Source of the DNA: Candidatus Nanohalobium sp.
GTDB lineage: Archaea; Nanohalarchaeota; Nanosalinia; Nanosalinales; Nanosalinaceae
Direction of reading: 5' to 3'
NCBI GenBank assembly: GCA_042217555.1
Contig: JBDGSL010000075.1
Coordinates: 1-19,237, forward strand
DNA: 19,237 nt
The position numbers and the translations under genes are program-made. The notes under the pieces were generated by a model that was not told the DNA's origin, made no database searches, and saw only the letters and a list, made by a program, of their open reading frames with translations. The first letter of the stretch is position 1. Every line of letters begins with the position of its first letter. Below, one piece after another: positions 1 to 7,806 of the stretch.

Positions 1-1
1 A

Positions 2-154
2 AGCCCCGAGAGGGATTTGAACCCTCGACCTGCTCCTAGCTTGTGACTGTTTTTGCCGATCTTGGCAGGCATTCGATGAATGCCTGATTGCGTGTGGACC
101 GAGCGTAACCAGTCCTACAAGGGAGCTGCTCTAGCCAGGCTGAGCTATCGAGGC
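2..154 (-). tRNA. tRNA-Thr(UGU) with 78-nt intron at 37/38 (intron 38..115)
   Basis: Reverse complement gives acceptor GCCTCGA/TCGGGGC, D arm TAGCTCAGCCTGGCTAGAGC, anticodon stem GCTCC/GGAGC, loop CT-TGT-A^A, T arm GAGGG TTCAAAT CCCTC and discriminator U. Central BHB helix is CTTG/CAAG. Mature length 75 nt; no encoded CCA. Confidence 0.93.
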
Positions 155-212
155 CTGTTGTATAGGTGGGTTCTGTTAAAAGTTAAATAGGTGAAGTTGT
201 GGAGTGGTGTGT

Positions 213-1166
213 ATGGTGGTGTCGAGAGTTCAGGAGTTGAAGGATAAGGACCTTGACGGGGGCAGGATTGCTGTGGGTTTTAGGCCTTCTGGCAGTCTTC
301 ATGTTGGGAATCTTGTGACTATTACTTATGCGGCGGTCTTGGCGGAGGAGCTTGGTAAGGATTTGGATTTGATGGTGTGTGATACGGATTGGTCGGCGCA
401 TATCCATGAGCATCATTTGCCGGGTGAGAACCGTGTGATGAAGCTGTTTTTCCAGAGGGAGTGTCCATGTGGTTCTCATTCAGATATTGCTGAGCATCGT
501 CTGGATGAGATATCCGGGTTTCTGGAGGTGTTGAAGCGTGAGACTGTTGGTTTTGAGCCTGGTTTTCTTTCTGAGCTTGAGGATGAAGAGTATGTTGAGG
601 CTTTGAGGAACGTGTTGCGGAGTATGGATGAGTTTGATGGTATTTTTGGCGGGGGTTTTCGGAGGCGTTATAGAAGTCCTGTTGCCGCAGTGTGTTCCAG
701 TTGTGGTTTTTCTGATGCGAAGGGTTCTTCCTACTCCAGTGAGATGGATTTGCTGGTTTCTGCGTGCAGGAATCCTGGGTGTGATGCGGGTTTTATGGAG
801 GCCGGGTTGTCGGAGTCGGAGAAAGGTGTTTACTACCTGTTGGATCCTGTTAGGGATCCGGGCAGGGATGTTGCTGTTCACGTTTTTGGTGGTGATTACC
901 GTGATGCGGAGAAGGAGATGAAGACTCCTAAGGTTGAGAAGGTTGAGAAGATCACGGAGTTGGCGTGTGGTGAGTCTCCTGAGTACTTTCTGGCGCCGAT
1001 TATAACTGATGAGGATGGCCAGCCGCTTAGCAAGTCTCACGGTACTGGTGTCACTGTTGATGAGGTAGATGACCTGGAGGAGTTTGCGGAGAATCTGGTT
1101 GAGAAAGTTAGAGAATTGGTAAGGGAGAGTAACGAGTTTGTGGTGCAGGAGGAGCTTTTAGGTTAG
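213..1166 (+). CDS. Class I lysyl-tRNA synthetase catalytic-domain paralog, lacking the anticodon-binding domain
   Basis: HIGH-type motif GFRPSGSLHVGN, CGSHSDIAEH (cf. LysRS1 GCHESYAEH), Zn knuckles CSSC and CRNPGC, FGGDY (cf. FGKDH), KMSKS-type PLSKSHG. The protein ends about 40 aa later. ATG at 213 preferred over GTG at 204. Confidence 0.8.
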   Translation: MVVSRVQELKDKDLDGGRIAVGFRPSGSLHVGNLVTITYAAVLAEELGKDLDLMVCDTDWSAHIHEHHLPGENRVMKLFFQRECPCGSHSDIAEHRLDEISGFLEVLKRETVGFEPGFLSELEDEEYVEALRNVLRSMDEFDGIFGGGFRRRYRSPVAAVCSSCGFSDAKGSSYSSEMDLLVSACRNPGCDAGFMEAGLSESEKGVYYLLDPVRDPGRDVAVHVFGGDYRDAEKEMKTPKVEKVEKITELACGESPEYFLAPIITDEDGQPLSKSHGTGVTVDEVDDLEEFAENLVEKVRELVRESNEFVVQEELLG

Positions 1167-1469
1167 GTCTACGTCGTCTGGTGCGTCTGCGTCTGCTCCT
1201 CTGTCTTTTATCTGGCGTTCCATGGCGTCTTTGATGCGGTTGACGTTGATGCTGCGTGTGCATTCCGGGCATTCGATCCACCAGGGTCTCTGACCGAGTT
1301 CTTGGGAGTCTTCCCATGTGTGGCCGCAGTAAGGGCATTTTATCTCGTAGTGGTATGTTTCGTTGTCGTAGGAGAACATTTTGACTCTTCCTGTTTTTTC
1401 TCCTTCGTCGTTTTCTACCTTCCTGTTGGTCGAGTACTCTACCCTTTCGAAGTCTATATCCTTTTCCAT
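1158..1469 (-). CDS. Small zinc-ribbon hypothetical protein
   Basis: 103 aa, acidic, CPYC...CPEC pair, ATG start. Confidence 0.8.
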   Translation of the reverse strand: MEKDIDFERVEYSTNRKVENDEGEKTGRVKMFSYDNETYHYEIKCPYCGHTWEDSQELGQRPWWIECPECTRSINVNRIKDAMERQIKDRGADADAPDDVDLT

Positions 1470-1526
1470 GGCTACACTTTCACCTTGGTAACAACTAATT
1501 TTAAGTCCTTGCCTCTTCCAGGTTTT

Positions 1527-1979
1527 TCACTCTGTCAGGAATTCTCTGTAGATGGCGTCAAGTTTTTCCTGTGGTAGTTCTGTTTCCTGTTCCAGTTCGT
1601 TGATGTCCAGTTTTTCCACGAGTTTTCTGTCAGCCTGTTTTATCTCTGAGTTGTACTTCTTGAGCTGTCGGAGGTCCCATTCCCTGTTGGTTGAGATGTA
1701 GAGGGTGTATCCATTGACGGTTGCGAGAAAGGCCTTGGCTGCGTCAATCCTTGTCTCCACTTGGGTGAATGCTTCTCTGTGGATAGGTTTTCCTCCTAGC
1801 CCATCTTTTGTCTCTTCTTCAACCGTGTATTCTTCTATTCCAGGTGTTCTGGCCAGTTTTTCTGGTTCTTCTGTTTTTACAATTATTTTGTCGTTTTTTC
1901 TGGTTACTTCGCTGTGTCGTGGTTTCAGGTATTCTACAAGTCTTTTCTTTTTTTCCGTGGGTTTTACTTCTGCTTTCAC
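1527..1979 (-). CDS. Hypothetical protein with degenerate ThiI-like motifs
   Basis: Likely GTG start at 1979 (150 aa); the longer ORF extension is the antisense shadow of 2038..2361. EKLARTPGI and GLGGKP...RIDAAKAFLATVNG resemble ThiI segments. Confidence 0.6.
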   Translation of the reverse strand: MKAEVKPTEKKKRLVEYLKPRHSEVTRKNDKIIVKTEEPEKLARTPGIEEYTVEEETKDGLGGKPIHREAFTQVETRIDAAKAFLATVNGYTLYISTNREWDLRQLKKYNSEIKQADRKLVEKLDINELEQETELPQEKLDAIYREFLTE

Positions 1980-2037
1980 AGCGGTTTGGTTGACGGGGAA
2001 ATCTTTTATTTGAGTATTCGAAAGTTTTTTCCTGTGT

Positions 2038-2361
2038 ATGGGTATATTTGATAGAGAGGATGATACGGATGAGGTGAAGATCTCTCCTCGGAGCGGGGAG
2101 AAGTCGGAAAGCCGTTTGAAGGATGAGGTTGAGGACGAAATAGTTGACAGAAACGGTTCGGAGAAGTCTTCAAGCCGTGGGAAGCAGATACGTGAGAGAA
2201 GTAACTCCCATGGGAAAAGCACGTTCGGGGATGACGGTGTGTCCCTTGAGGATGTGCACAGGCAGAACAAGAGGATTATCGAACTGCTGGAAGAGTTAAA
2301 TGGAGAGGATTCCAATACTGAAGAACAGGATATGGAAGGTGACTTGAATGGGGTACTATGA
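2038..2361 (+). CDS. Acidic, low-complexity hypothetical protein with short helical motif
   Basis: 107 aa, D/E/S-rich, motif SLEDVHRQNKRIIELLEEL; overlaps the next gene. Confidence 0.75.
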   Translation: MGIFDREDDTDEVKISPRSGEKSESRLKDEVEDEIVDRNGSEKSSSRGKQIRERSNSHGKSTFGDDGVSLEDVHRQNKRIIELLEELNGEDSNTEEQDMEGDLNGVL

Positions 2362-2707
2362 CAGTGTGAAGGATTCGGTGAAAGAAGAAAACCAGAACTC
2401 GGGAAAATCAGGTAGCAATGGTTCAGGGCCTAGCTTTGATACTCTCCGTGAATCCGCTGAGGAGAACACTCAGTCAGATGAGGAGAAAGGCGATGACACA
2501 CCTATAGAGGTTCTTGAAGAGGACGGCCTGCAACGTAGTAAGCCTTCCAGCAGCCGGGAGAAGTCTGAAACAGGTAGTTCCGACAACAGTAATCCTCTGA
2601 CAGGTTCGGAAGACGGTTCCCGTGGTAGTGCGGTAGAGGAGAAGCTGGACAGGATTATAGAGCAGAATCAGAGGATGATTGAGATACTGGAAAGCTTCGG
2701 TAACTGA
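2348..2707 (+). CDS. Acidic, low-complexity hypothetical protein sharing a C-terminal motif with the upstream gene
   Basis: 119 aa, motif KLDRIIEQNQRMIEILESF; SD-like GAAGGTGA just upstream of the ATG. Confidence 0.75.
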   Translation: MGYYDSVKDSVKEENQNSGKSGSNGSGPSFDTLRESAEENTQSDEEKGDDTPIEVLEEDGLQRSKPSSSREKSETGSSDNSNPLTGSEDGSRGSAVEEKLDRIIEQNQRMIEILESFGN

Positions 2708-2774
2708 ACCCCTCTTCTTTTCCTGGAATGCAGTGCAGGAGGAAAAAGGGTTTTTTGAAGGGAGTAACCATTTT

Positions 2775-3047
2775 TTAGACTATTTCGACTTCTATCTTCT
2801 GTCTTCCTTCCTCGGTGGTTTCGATTTCTTCCATCAGGCTTACTTCAAGCTCCAGTATTTTGCGGTCTTCCTGTTCTTTGAACTCCATCTCAAGCTGGTT
2901 TGGTGTGTTAGGTTCTATCCTTACTTCTTCCTTGCCCTTGAAGCTGAGACCTACCTTTCCCTCTCTCAGTTTGCCGGCGAAGTTTTCCAGGAAGTTGGCC
3001 AGTTCATCGTTTGTAAACTCGAAGTCAAGATCCACTTCTTTGCTCAT
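2775..3047 (-). CDS. Amphi-Trp domain-like protein
   Basis: Pattern TNDELANFLENFAGKLREGKVGL...EEVRIEP...LEMEF...LELEVSL matches the amphi-Trp family as I recall it, but the eponymous Trp is absent. Confidence 0.65.
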   Translation of the reverse strand: MSKEVDLDFEFTNDELANFLENFAGKLREGKVGLSFKGKEEVRIEPNTPNQLEMEFKEQEDRKILELEVSLMEEIETTEEGRQKIEVEIV

Positions 3048-3151
3048 AGTGACTGATGAGAAGTAAAAAGTTTTAACTCTTTGCGGCAGACAGGATTGAC
3101 TGGGAAGGGGTTAAAAAGAAGTATAGGTGGGAAAAAGGTTTTTCCTGGTCT

Positions 3152-3418
3152 CTAATCGTCTTTGTTCATAAGTTTCCTTGAGAGGAAGTGGTCCTTCTCC
3201 TCGAGTTCTCTCACTGCTTCAATTATGAACAGGTATGAGACTGCTATCATCAGCAGGCCGAGAACTGCAGGTGCGGCCAGTGTGTTAGTAGTGTAGAGAA
3301 CCGAGAACAGGAGCAGGTTGCCCAGTATGAATAGAGTGAACGAGATACCTACCTCGGCGTTCGTGGATAGTTTAGGCAAGCCGAATATGTCCTCCTCTCT
3401 AACTTCTTCATCTTCCAT
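3152..3418 (-). CDS. Small membrane protein with two TM helices
   Basis: 88 aa with two hydrophobic stretches; purine-rich GGAGGG upstream. Confidence 0.75.
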   Translation of the reverse strand: MEDEEVREEDIFGLPKLSTNAEVGISFTLFILGNLLLFSVLYTTNTLAAPAVLGLLMIAVSYLFIIEAVRELEEKDHFLSRKLMNKDD

Positions 3419-3495
3419 CTTTATTATTACCCTCCTAACAGAAAAGTTTTTACAGGGCTTCCGTATAAAACTTCCGCTGGAAAAACCATGGTTTC

Positions 3496-3879
3496 TTAGA
3501 GTTCCTCTATCTCCACGTCCTTGTCTCCTGGTTTAAACGCAGATGGTAGGTGGATTCTGTAAATGCCTTCATCTTTCTCTATAACCAGTGGCATCTCCTC
3601 AAGAAGCCTTGAAACATTTATCCTGTAGACTCCTTCCTCCTCTACACTTATCGAATCCAGATCGAACTGGAACTCTATATCTCCACGTTCTTCCTCCCCT
3701 TCTTCAACCATTTCCTCGATATCTGACTTGACCTTGGCCCTTTCTTCTTCAAGTTCGTCCTCACTCATCTCTGGCTCGGACTCGTACATGAAGAGACTGG
3801 AACCGCATTCACATCCGTCAACTATCTTGTCAGAGTCGTCCGCGTAGGTTCTGCCGCAGTTCATACACCTGTGTGGCAT
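3496..3879 (-). CDS. oapC: OapC/ArvC zinc-ribbon protein (DUF2072)
   Basis: MPHRCMNCG...GCECGSSLF and C-terminal GVYRINV...GIYRIHLP; third gene of the GTPase-DUF2073-DUF2072 operon. Confidence 0.88.
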   Translation of the reverse strand: MPHRCMNCGRTYADDSDKIVDGCECGSSLFMYESEPEMSEDELEEERAKVKSDIEEMVEEGEEERGDIEFQFDLDSISVEEEGVYRINVSRLLEEMPLVIEKDEGIYRIHLPSAFKPGDKDVEIEEL

Positions 3880-3926
3880 TCAAGCACCGCCTCCAAGTTT
3901 TTCGTTTCCCATTTTTTGAACCACTT

Positions 3927-4319
3927 TTAGTTGTCGGCCTGGTCTTCCAGTTTGGCAAGGAAGGATATAGTATCTCTTTCCTCCTTGATTTTTTCCATTA
4001 CACGGCTGTTTCCCACGATCGTCAATCCTTTCCTGTACTTCTCGTTCAGTACTTTCTCGTAGAACATGTTCCTCAGCTTGTCGAAACGGTTGTCCCCTGA
4101 TTCAAGACCCATGAACTCGACGCCCGGAAAGTCCTCGTCGACCTCCTCCATCGAGTTCTGTATAAGCTGCCTCTTCTCCTCAGGAGTCCAGGCCTCTTCC
4201 AGTACAAGGACAGAGTCGTTACGTACCTTTTCAAGCACCAGGTCCAGTTTCTCATCGAAGTCCTCGGCTGAAAGCTTTTCCCTTGAGAGAAATTCTATGG
4301 TAACCCCTTCCTCGCTCAT
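3927..4319 (-). CDS. oapB: OapB/ArvB protein (DUF2073)
   Basis: EKLDLVLEKVRNDSVLVLEEAWTPEE...FPGVE...GLTIVG; directly downstream of the Era-like GTPase. Confidence 0.88.
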   Translation of the reverse strand: MSEEGVTIEFLSREKLSAEDFDEKLDLVLEKVRNDSVLVLEEAWTPEEKRQLIQNSMEEVDEDFPGVEFMGLESGDNRFDKLRNMFYEKVLNEKYRKGLTIVGNSRVMEKIKEERDTISFLAKLEDQADN

Positions 4320-4948
4320 TATGACAACCTTTCTATTATCTCCTCATAAAGTTTGTCAATGTTTTCACCTTCCTTCGCCGAGATCTCAAGTACAGGATGC
4401 TGAGGGAACGCGTCACGTACACGGGAAGGATCAGAGTCCTCCAAGTCCACTTTGTTCGCAAGGATCAAAATCGGTATATCCTTAGCCTCAAGGTTACCGA
4501 TTATAGTAACGTTTACCTGCGTATATGGATCCTCCGTAGAATCAAAGATTACAAGGCACGCATCAACATCATCAAGGTACTTTATAGCCTCTACAATTCC
4601 CTTGGTAGCTTCCTTGGCTCTACCCTTTGCCTGCTCCTCTTCCATACCGTGCTGGGTAAAATCCTTGAAATCGACGTTCGTGGAGATACCAGGCATGTCC
4701 AGAAGATTCAGGTCAAGGCTTCTGCCGTCATCCGATTCTATAGTAACTTTCTCCTTTTTCTCGACAGCCCTGGTCTCGTGAGGGACCTCGGAGACATTAC
4801 TCATCTCCTCACCGGTTAAATCCTTTGATATCTCGTTAGCCAGTGTTGACTTACCTGCATTCGGAGGTCCGTAGATCCCTATACTGACATCTTCCTTTTC
4901 GGAATCACCGAACAAACTGCTGAACAAGTCCTTGAGACGACCTATCAT
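4319..4948 (-). CDS. oapA: OapA/ArvA Era-like small GTPase
   Basis: G1 GPPNAGKS, PHETR, G3 DMPG, G4 NKVD, G5 SA, plus RAKEATKG and DPYTQVN. Likely ATG at 4948 (MIGRLKDLFSSLFG, amphipathic N-terminal helix). Confidence 0.92.
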   Translation of the reverse strand: MIGRLKDLFSSLFGDSEKEDVSIGIYGPPNAGKSTLANEISKDLTGEEMSNVSEVPHETRAVEKKEKVTIESDDGRSLDLNLLDMPGISTNVDFKDFTQHGMEEEQAKGRAKEATKGIVEAIKYLDDVDACLVIFDSTEDPYTQVNVTIIGNLEAKDIPILILANKVDLEDSDPSRVRDAFPQHPVLEISAKEGENIDKLYEEIIERLS

Positions 4949-5127
4949 TTTGACACCGCTCAATGATAAAATCGAAGCGGAAATATAAAAAGCCGTTGCC
5001 AGTATAGGGCCGTAAAGTTTGAACTCTGTGAACAGAAAGATCCAGGTTCTACTCCGGGGGGCTTTCAACAGGGTTCTGCCTTATATCACCTGGAAAAGTT
5101 AAAAAATACGGGATGGAAGTCCGGTGT

Positions 5128-5571
5128 ATGGAGACGGAGAAAGGAGTGATGATCGTAGCCTACAAGCAGTCACGGAGAAGCAACCGTTACGCTCTGCTGA
5201 AGAGGAAGAAGAACTGGGAGGGTTGGGAGCTGCCCAAGGGCCACTTGGAGGAAGACGACTACAGGAAGACCGTGAAGATCGAACTGATGGAGGAGTGCGG
5301 GATAGACGAAAGCCAGATTCAAAGCATGGAGGACCTGAAAGAGGCTACTTCCTGGAAGTACGAGCAGGACGGAACAGAGTTCAGAAAGGAGTACAAGGCC
5401 TTTGCCGTAAAGGTCGATGAGGATGTCCGGATCGACACTTCTCAAAACCCTTGTGACGAACACGAGCAGGGATTCTTCCTGAAAAAGGAGGATGCGGAAA
5501 GCCTGCTGACTTATGAGAACAACAGAGAGCTACTTCAGAGAGCTGCAGAAAAAATACAGGAGGAAGAATGA
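5128..5571 (+). CDS. NUDIX hydrolase (Ap4A hydrolase-like)
   Basis: WELPKGHLEE...ELMEECGI Nudix box and EH motif; alternative start at 5113. Confidence 0.85.
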   Translation: METEKGVMIVAYKQSRRSNRYALLKRKKNWEGWELPKGHLEEDDYRKTVKIELMEECGIDESQIQSMEDLKEATSWKYEQDGTEFRKEYKAFAVKVDEDVRIDTSQNPCDEHEQGFFLKKEDAESLLTYENNRELLQRAAEKIQEEE

Positions 5572-5810
5572 TGAAAGAACTACTTGAACTCTACCAGTTC
5601 GAACAGTGTCCTTACTGCGGTAAGGTAAGGAAGAAACTGACGGAGCTAGGTATTGACTTCATTGCACGTCACGTTGATCCGTACGACAGGGAACGTGTAG
5701 AGGAGATCTCAGGCCAGGAAAACGTCCCGGTGCTCAGAGATCCCAACACAGGAGAGACAGTGAACGAGAGCGATGATATTATAGAGTACCTTGACGAGCA
5801 TTACGGCTGA
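5568..5810 (+). CDS. Glutaredoxin / GST N-terminal domain protein
   Basis: CPYC redox motif, SGQENVPVL, ESDDIIEYL; 4-nt overlap with the NUDIX gene. Confidence 0.9.
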   Translation: MMKELLELYQFEQCPYCGKVRKKLTELGIDFIARHVDPYDRERVEEISGQENVPVLRDPNTGETVNESDDIIEYLDEHYG

Positions 5811-5850
5811 AAGGATAGTCAGAACCTTTCAACTTTGTTTCTGGACCTGT

Positions 5851-6150
5851 TCAGCCGTGAAACTCCTGGAAGTCTCCTATCCTGTCTCCGTATTTCTTTG
5901 AAAGCGTCCTTCTGAATGCGACCTCTACTGTGGCGAACACGGTCAGGGCTGCTGCTATGTAACCCCATTGCTGGATTGAAAGAGGTTCTACTCCGAAGAA
6001 GCCGGAGATAGGTGTGTAGAGTATGATCAGGTGTGATGCTGAAGCTCCCAGGATCCCTGCTATCAACCAGGGGTTGTCTTTCAGTTTCAGGCCGTAGTCT
6101 CTTCTTATCACCTGGAACATCATGATCTCGCAGAATACCAGGGAGAAATG
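5851..6150 (-). pseudogene. C-terminal remnant of a P-type cation-transporting ATPase
   Basis: FSLVFCEIMMFQVIRR...NPWLIAGILG...ILYTPISGFFGVEPLSIQQW matches the last TM helices of P2-type ATPases. The frame closes at ~6154 and the rest of the protein is missing. Confidence 0.8.
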
Positions 6151-6157
6151 TAATCAG

Positions 6158-6408
6158 ATGGAGACAATATCGGTAAAAGCAAGATATTCCACTATCCAGA
6201 ACCTAAAGAAAAACGGAGAACTGGTACATCCTGAAGAAAATCTTCAATTAGTGGAAGATGATCCTGATGACGATAAACTGTTTGAAGCAGCTTTAGAAGC
6301 AGGTGCAGATTACGTGGTATCGGGTGATAAAGAACATGTCCAACCAATAGGATCATCCGAGAAATAAGCGTAATTACGCCAAGAGAACTGGTTGAAAAGA
6401 TGGAATAA
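6158..6408 (+). pseudogene. PIN-domain toxin remnant (PIN_3-like), N-terminally truncated and frameshifted
   Basis: DDPDDDKLFEAALEAGADYVVSGDKEH. The expected C-terminus ISVITPRELVEKME* continues in another frame (6361..6408). Confidence 0.78.
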
Positions 6409-6421
6409 ATACAGGTTGAAG

Positions 6422-6629
6422 TGGACCGGCCCAGATTTGAACTGGGGATCTCCACGTTTCTGACTTTCTACGGCAGTAACTGCCGTAAGCCATGCATGGC
6501 ATGGCTTCTGATGACGCATCCATCTCGACAGAGATGGCTGCTTGAAGCAGCAACTTCAAGTTGCTGCGGATCAAACTTTCAGAAGTTTGATATCAGCGTG
6601 GCGCTCTAACCTGGCTAAGCTACCGGTCC
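6422..6629 (-). tRNA. tRNA-Ile(GAU) with 133-nt intron at 37/38 (intron 6458..6590)
   Basis: Acceptor GGACCGG/CCGGTCC plus A73, anticodon stem CCACG/CGTGG, loop CT-GAT-A^A, T arm CCCAG TTCAAAT CTGGG. Central BHB helix is CTGA/TCAG. Mature length 75 nt. Confidence 0.93.
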
Positions 6630-6725
6630 GTTGTCCGTGGTTGTGGTTTGGGACCTAAGTTTCTAAAAAGGGATGCTGGTTTTGTGGGGGGAAGTTTTAT
6701 TTTTGTGGTTGGGGAAGTGTGGTTT

Positions 6726-7196
6726 GTGAGTTGGAAGTCGGATGCTGTGCGGTGGGTGAAGAGTGTTGAGGAGGATGCTGAGAGTTTTGTTCCTCGTAGG
6801 TATGCGGCCAGGGTTAAGATGTTTCTGGATCGTTTTCTGCCGTATGCTTTGTTGTTGATGGGTTCTCTTTTTGTACTTCATTTTGCAGTGGATGTAGGTT
6901 CTTCAATGGCTGGTTTCATCAGTTTTTTGAACTGGGTGATGGTTTTCTACTTTGTTTTGAGGCTTGCGATGGGTTTCAGGTTGGCGGAGAGTGACAGTGG
7001 GTTCTTGAGACAGCACTGGTTTGATGCCTTGCTTGTGCTTCCGGCCTTTGCACTTGTCCGTGAGTTGAGATTTCTGAGTTGGGTTGAAGGTTTTTCTGCT
7101 GAGGAGGCTGCCGGGACGGAAGCTGCGAGAGATGCCGGTCTTGCCTCTCAAATTACAAGGATTATCAGGATAGCGAAGAGAAGCCTCAGTCTTTAA
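6726..7196 (+). CDS. Membrane protein resembling an isolated voltage-sensor (S1-S4) domain
   Basis: Hydrophobic helices, S3-like FLRQHWFDALLVLP, Arg-periodic VRELRFL and TRIIRIAKR; no pore or filter motif. GTG at 6726 is the likely start. Confidence 0.6.
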   Translation: MSWKSDAVRWVKSVEEDAESFVPRRYAARVKMFLDRFLPYALLLMGSLFVLHFAVDVGSSMAGFISFLNWVMVFYFVLRLAMGFRLAESDSGFLRQHWFDALLVLPAFALVRELRFLSWVEGFSAEEAAGTEAARDAGLASQITRIIRIAKRSLSL

Positions 7197-7232
7197 AATA
7201 AAAACGATTGAAAACACACCCCCTCTTTTTTT

Positions 7233-7736
7233 ATGGAGACTGCAGTTCTCGGCGGCGGATGCTTCTGGTGCATAGAAGCCGCATACAAAGGTTTGAAGGA
7301 GGTAGAAAACGTAGTCAGCGGTTACGCAGGAGGCCGCAAAGAAAGCCCTGCCTACAGAGAAGTATGCAGCGGAGAAACCGGCCACGCAGAAGTGGTCAAA
7401 GTACAGTACAACGAAGAGGAAATCTCATACAGGGAGATCCTTGAGTTCTTATTCCGTATCCACAACCCAACCACAAAAGATAGGCAGGGGCCGGATACGG
7501 GAAGCCAGTACCGCTCAATAATACTGTATCAAAATTCCGAACAGAAAGAAACAGCAGAGAAATTCCTGGAGGAAAAACAGTCAGAGTACAAAGACCGAAT
7601 CGTCACCGAGTTGAAAGAACTCAACAACTTCTGGAAAGCAGAAGAAAAACACCAGGACTACTTCGAAAAGAACCCAGAGGATGCGTACTGCACAATGCAT
7701 GCTCAGCCGAAAGTAGAGAAAGCAAGGAAGTTTTAA
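7233..7736 (+). CDS. msrA: Peptide-methionine (S)-S-oxide reductase
   Basis: GGGCFWC, GYAGG, YREVCSGETGHAE, RQGPDTGSQYRS, AEEKHQDY. Confidence 0.97.
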   Translation: METAVLGGGCFWCIEAAYKGLKEVENVVSGYAGGRKESPAYREVCSGETGHAEVVKVQYNEEEISYREILEFLFRIHNPTTKDRQGPDTGSQYRSIILYQNSEQKETAEKFLEEKQSEYKDRIVTELKELNNFWKAEEKHQDYFEKNPEDAYCTMHAQPKVEKARKF

Positions 7737-7806
7737 CTAGCTGATAGGTTTTGTAGAACTTATTCTTTAGAATTTTTCCGAAAGCCGCCCTGTACAGCTT
7801 AAGCTT

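Noticed and set aside
1980..2315. Ser-rich N-terminal extension of ORF 1527..2315
   Set aside because: Antisense shadow of the acidic gene 2038..2361.
3471..3486. ORB-like TTCCGCTGGAAA (also TCACCTGGAAA near 5087)
   Set aside because: Isolated partial matches with no G-string, no AT-rich unwinding element and no cdc6; CTGGAAA occurs in other intergenic regions too.
3880..3912. Mini-ORF MGNEKLGGGA* between oapB and oapC
   Set aside because: Only 10 codons and it contains the oapC SD, so it cannot be distinguished from chance.
4949..5068. N-terminal extension of the GTPase ORF
   Set aside because: Family similarity begins at ATG 4948; the extension covers the divergent promoter region.
6458..6590. 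CRISPR array interpretation of the hairpin series (also 7807-7928)
   Set aside because: There is no identical repeat alternating with unique spacers, and no cas genes in the window.
6192..6609. ORFs 6192..6455, 6310..6519, 6374..6574 and 6421..6609
   Set aside because: They overlap the tRNA-Ile gene or PIN remnant and lack protein-like halophilic composition.
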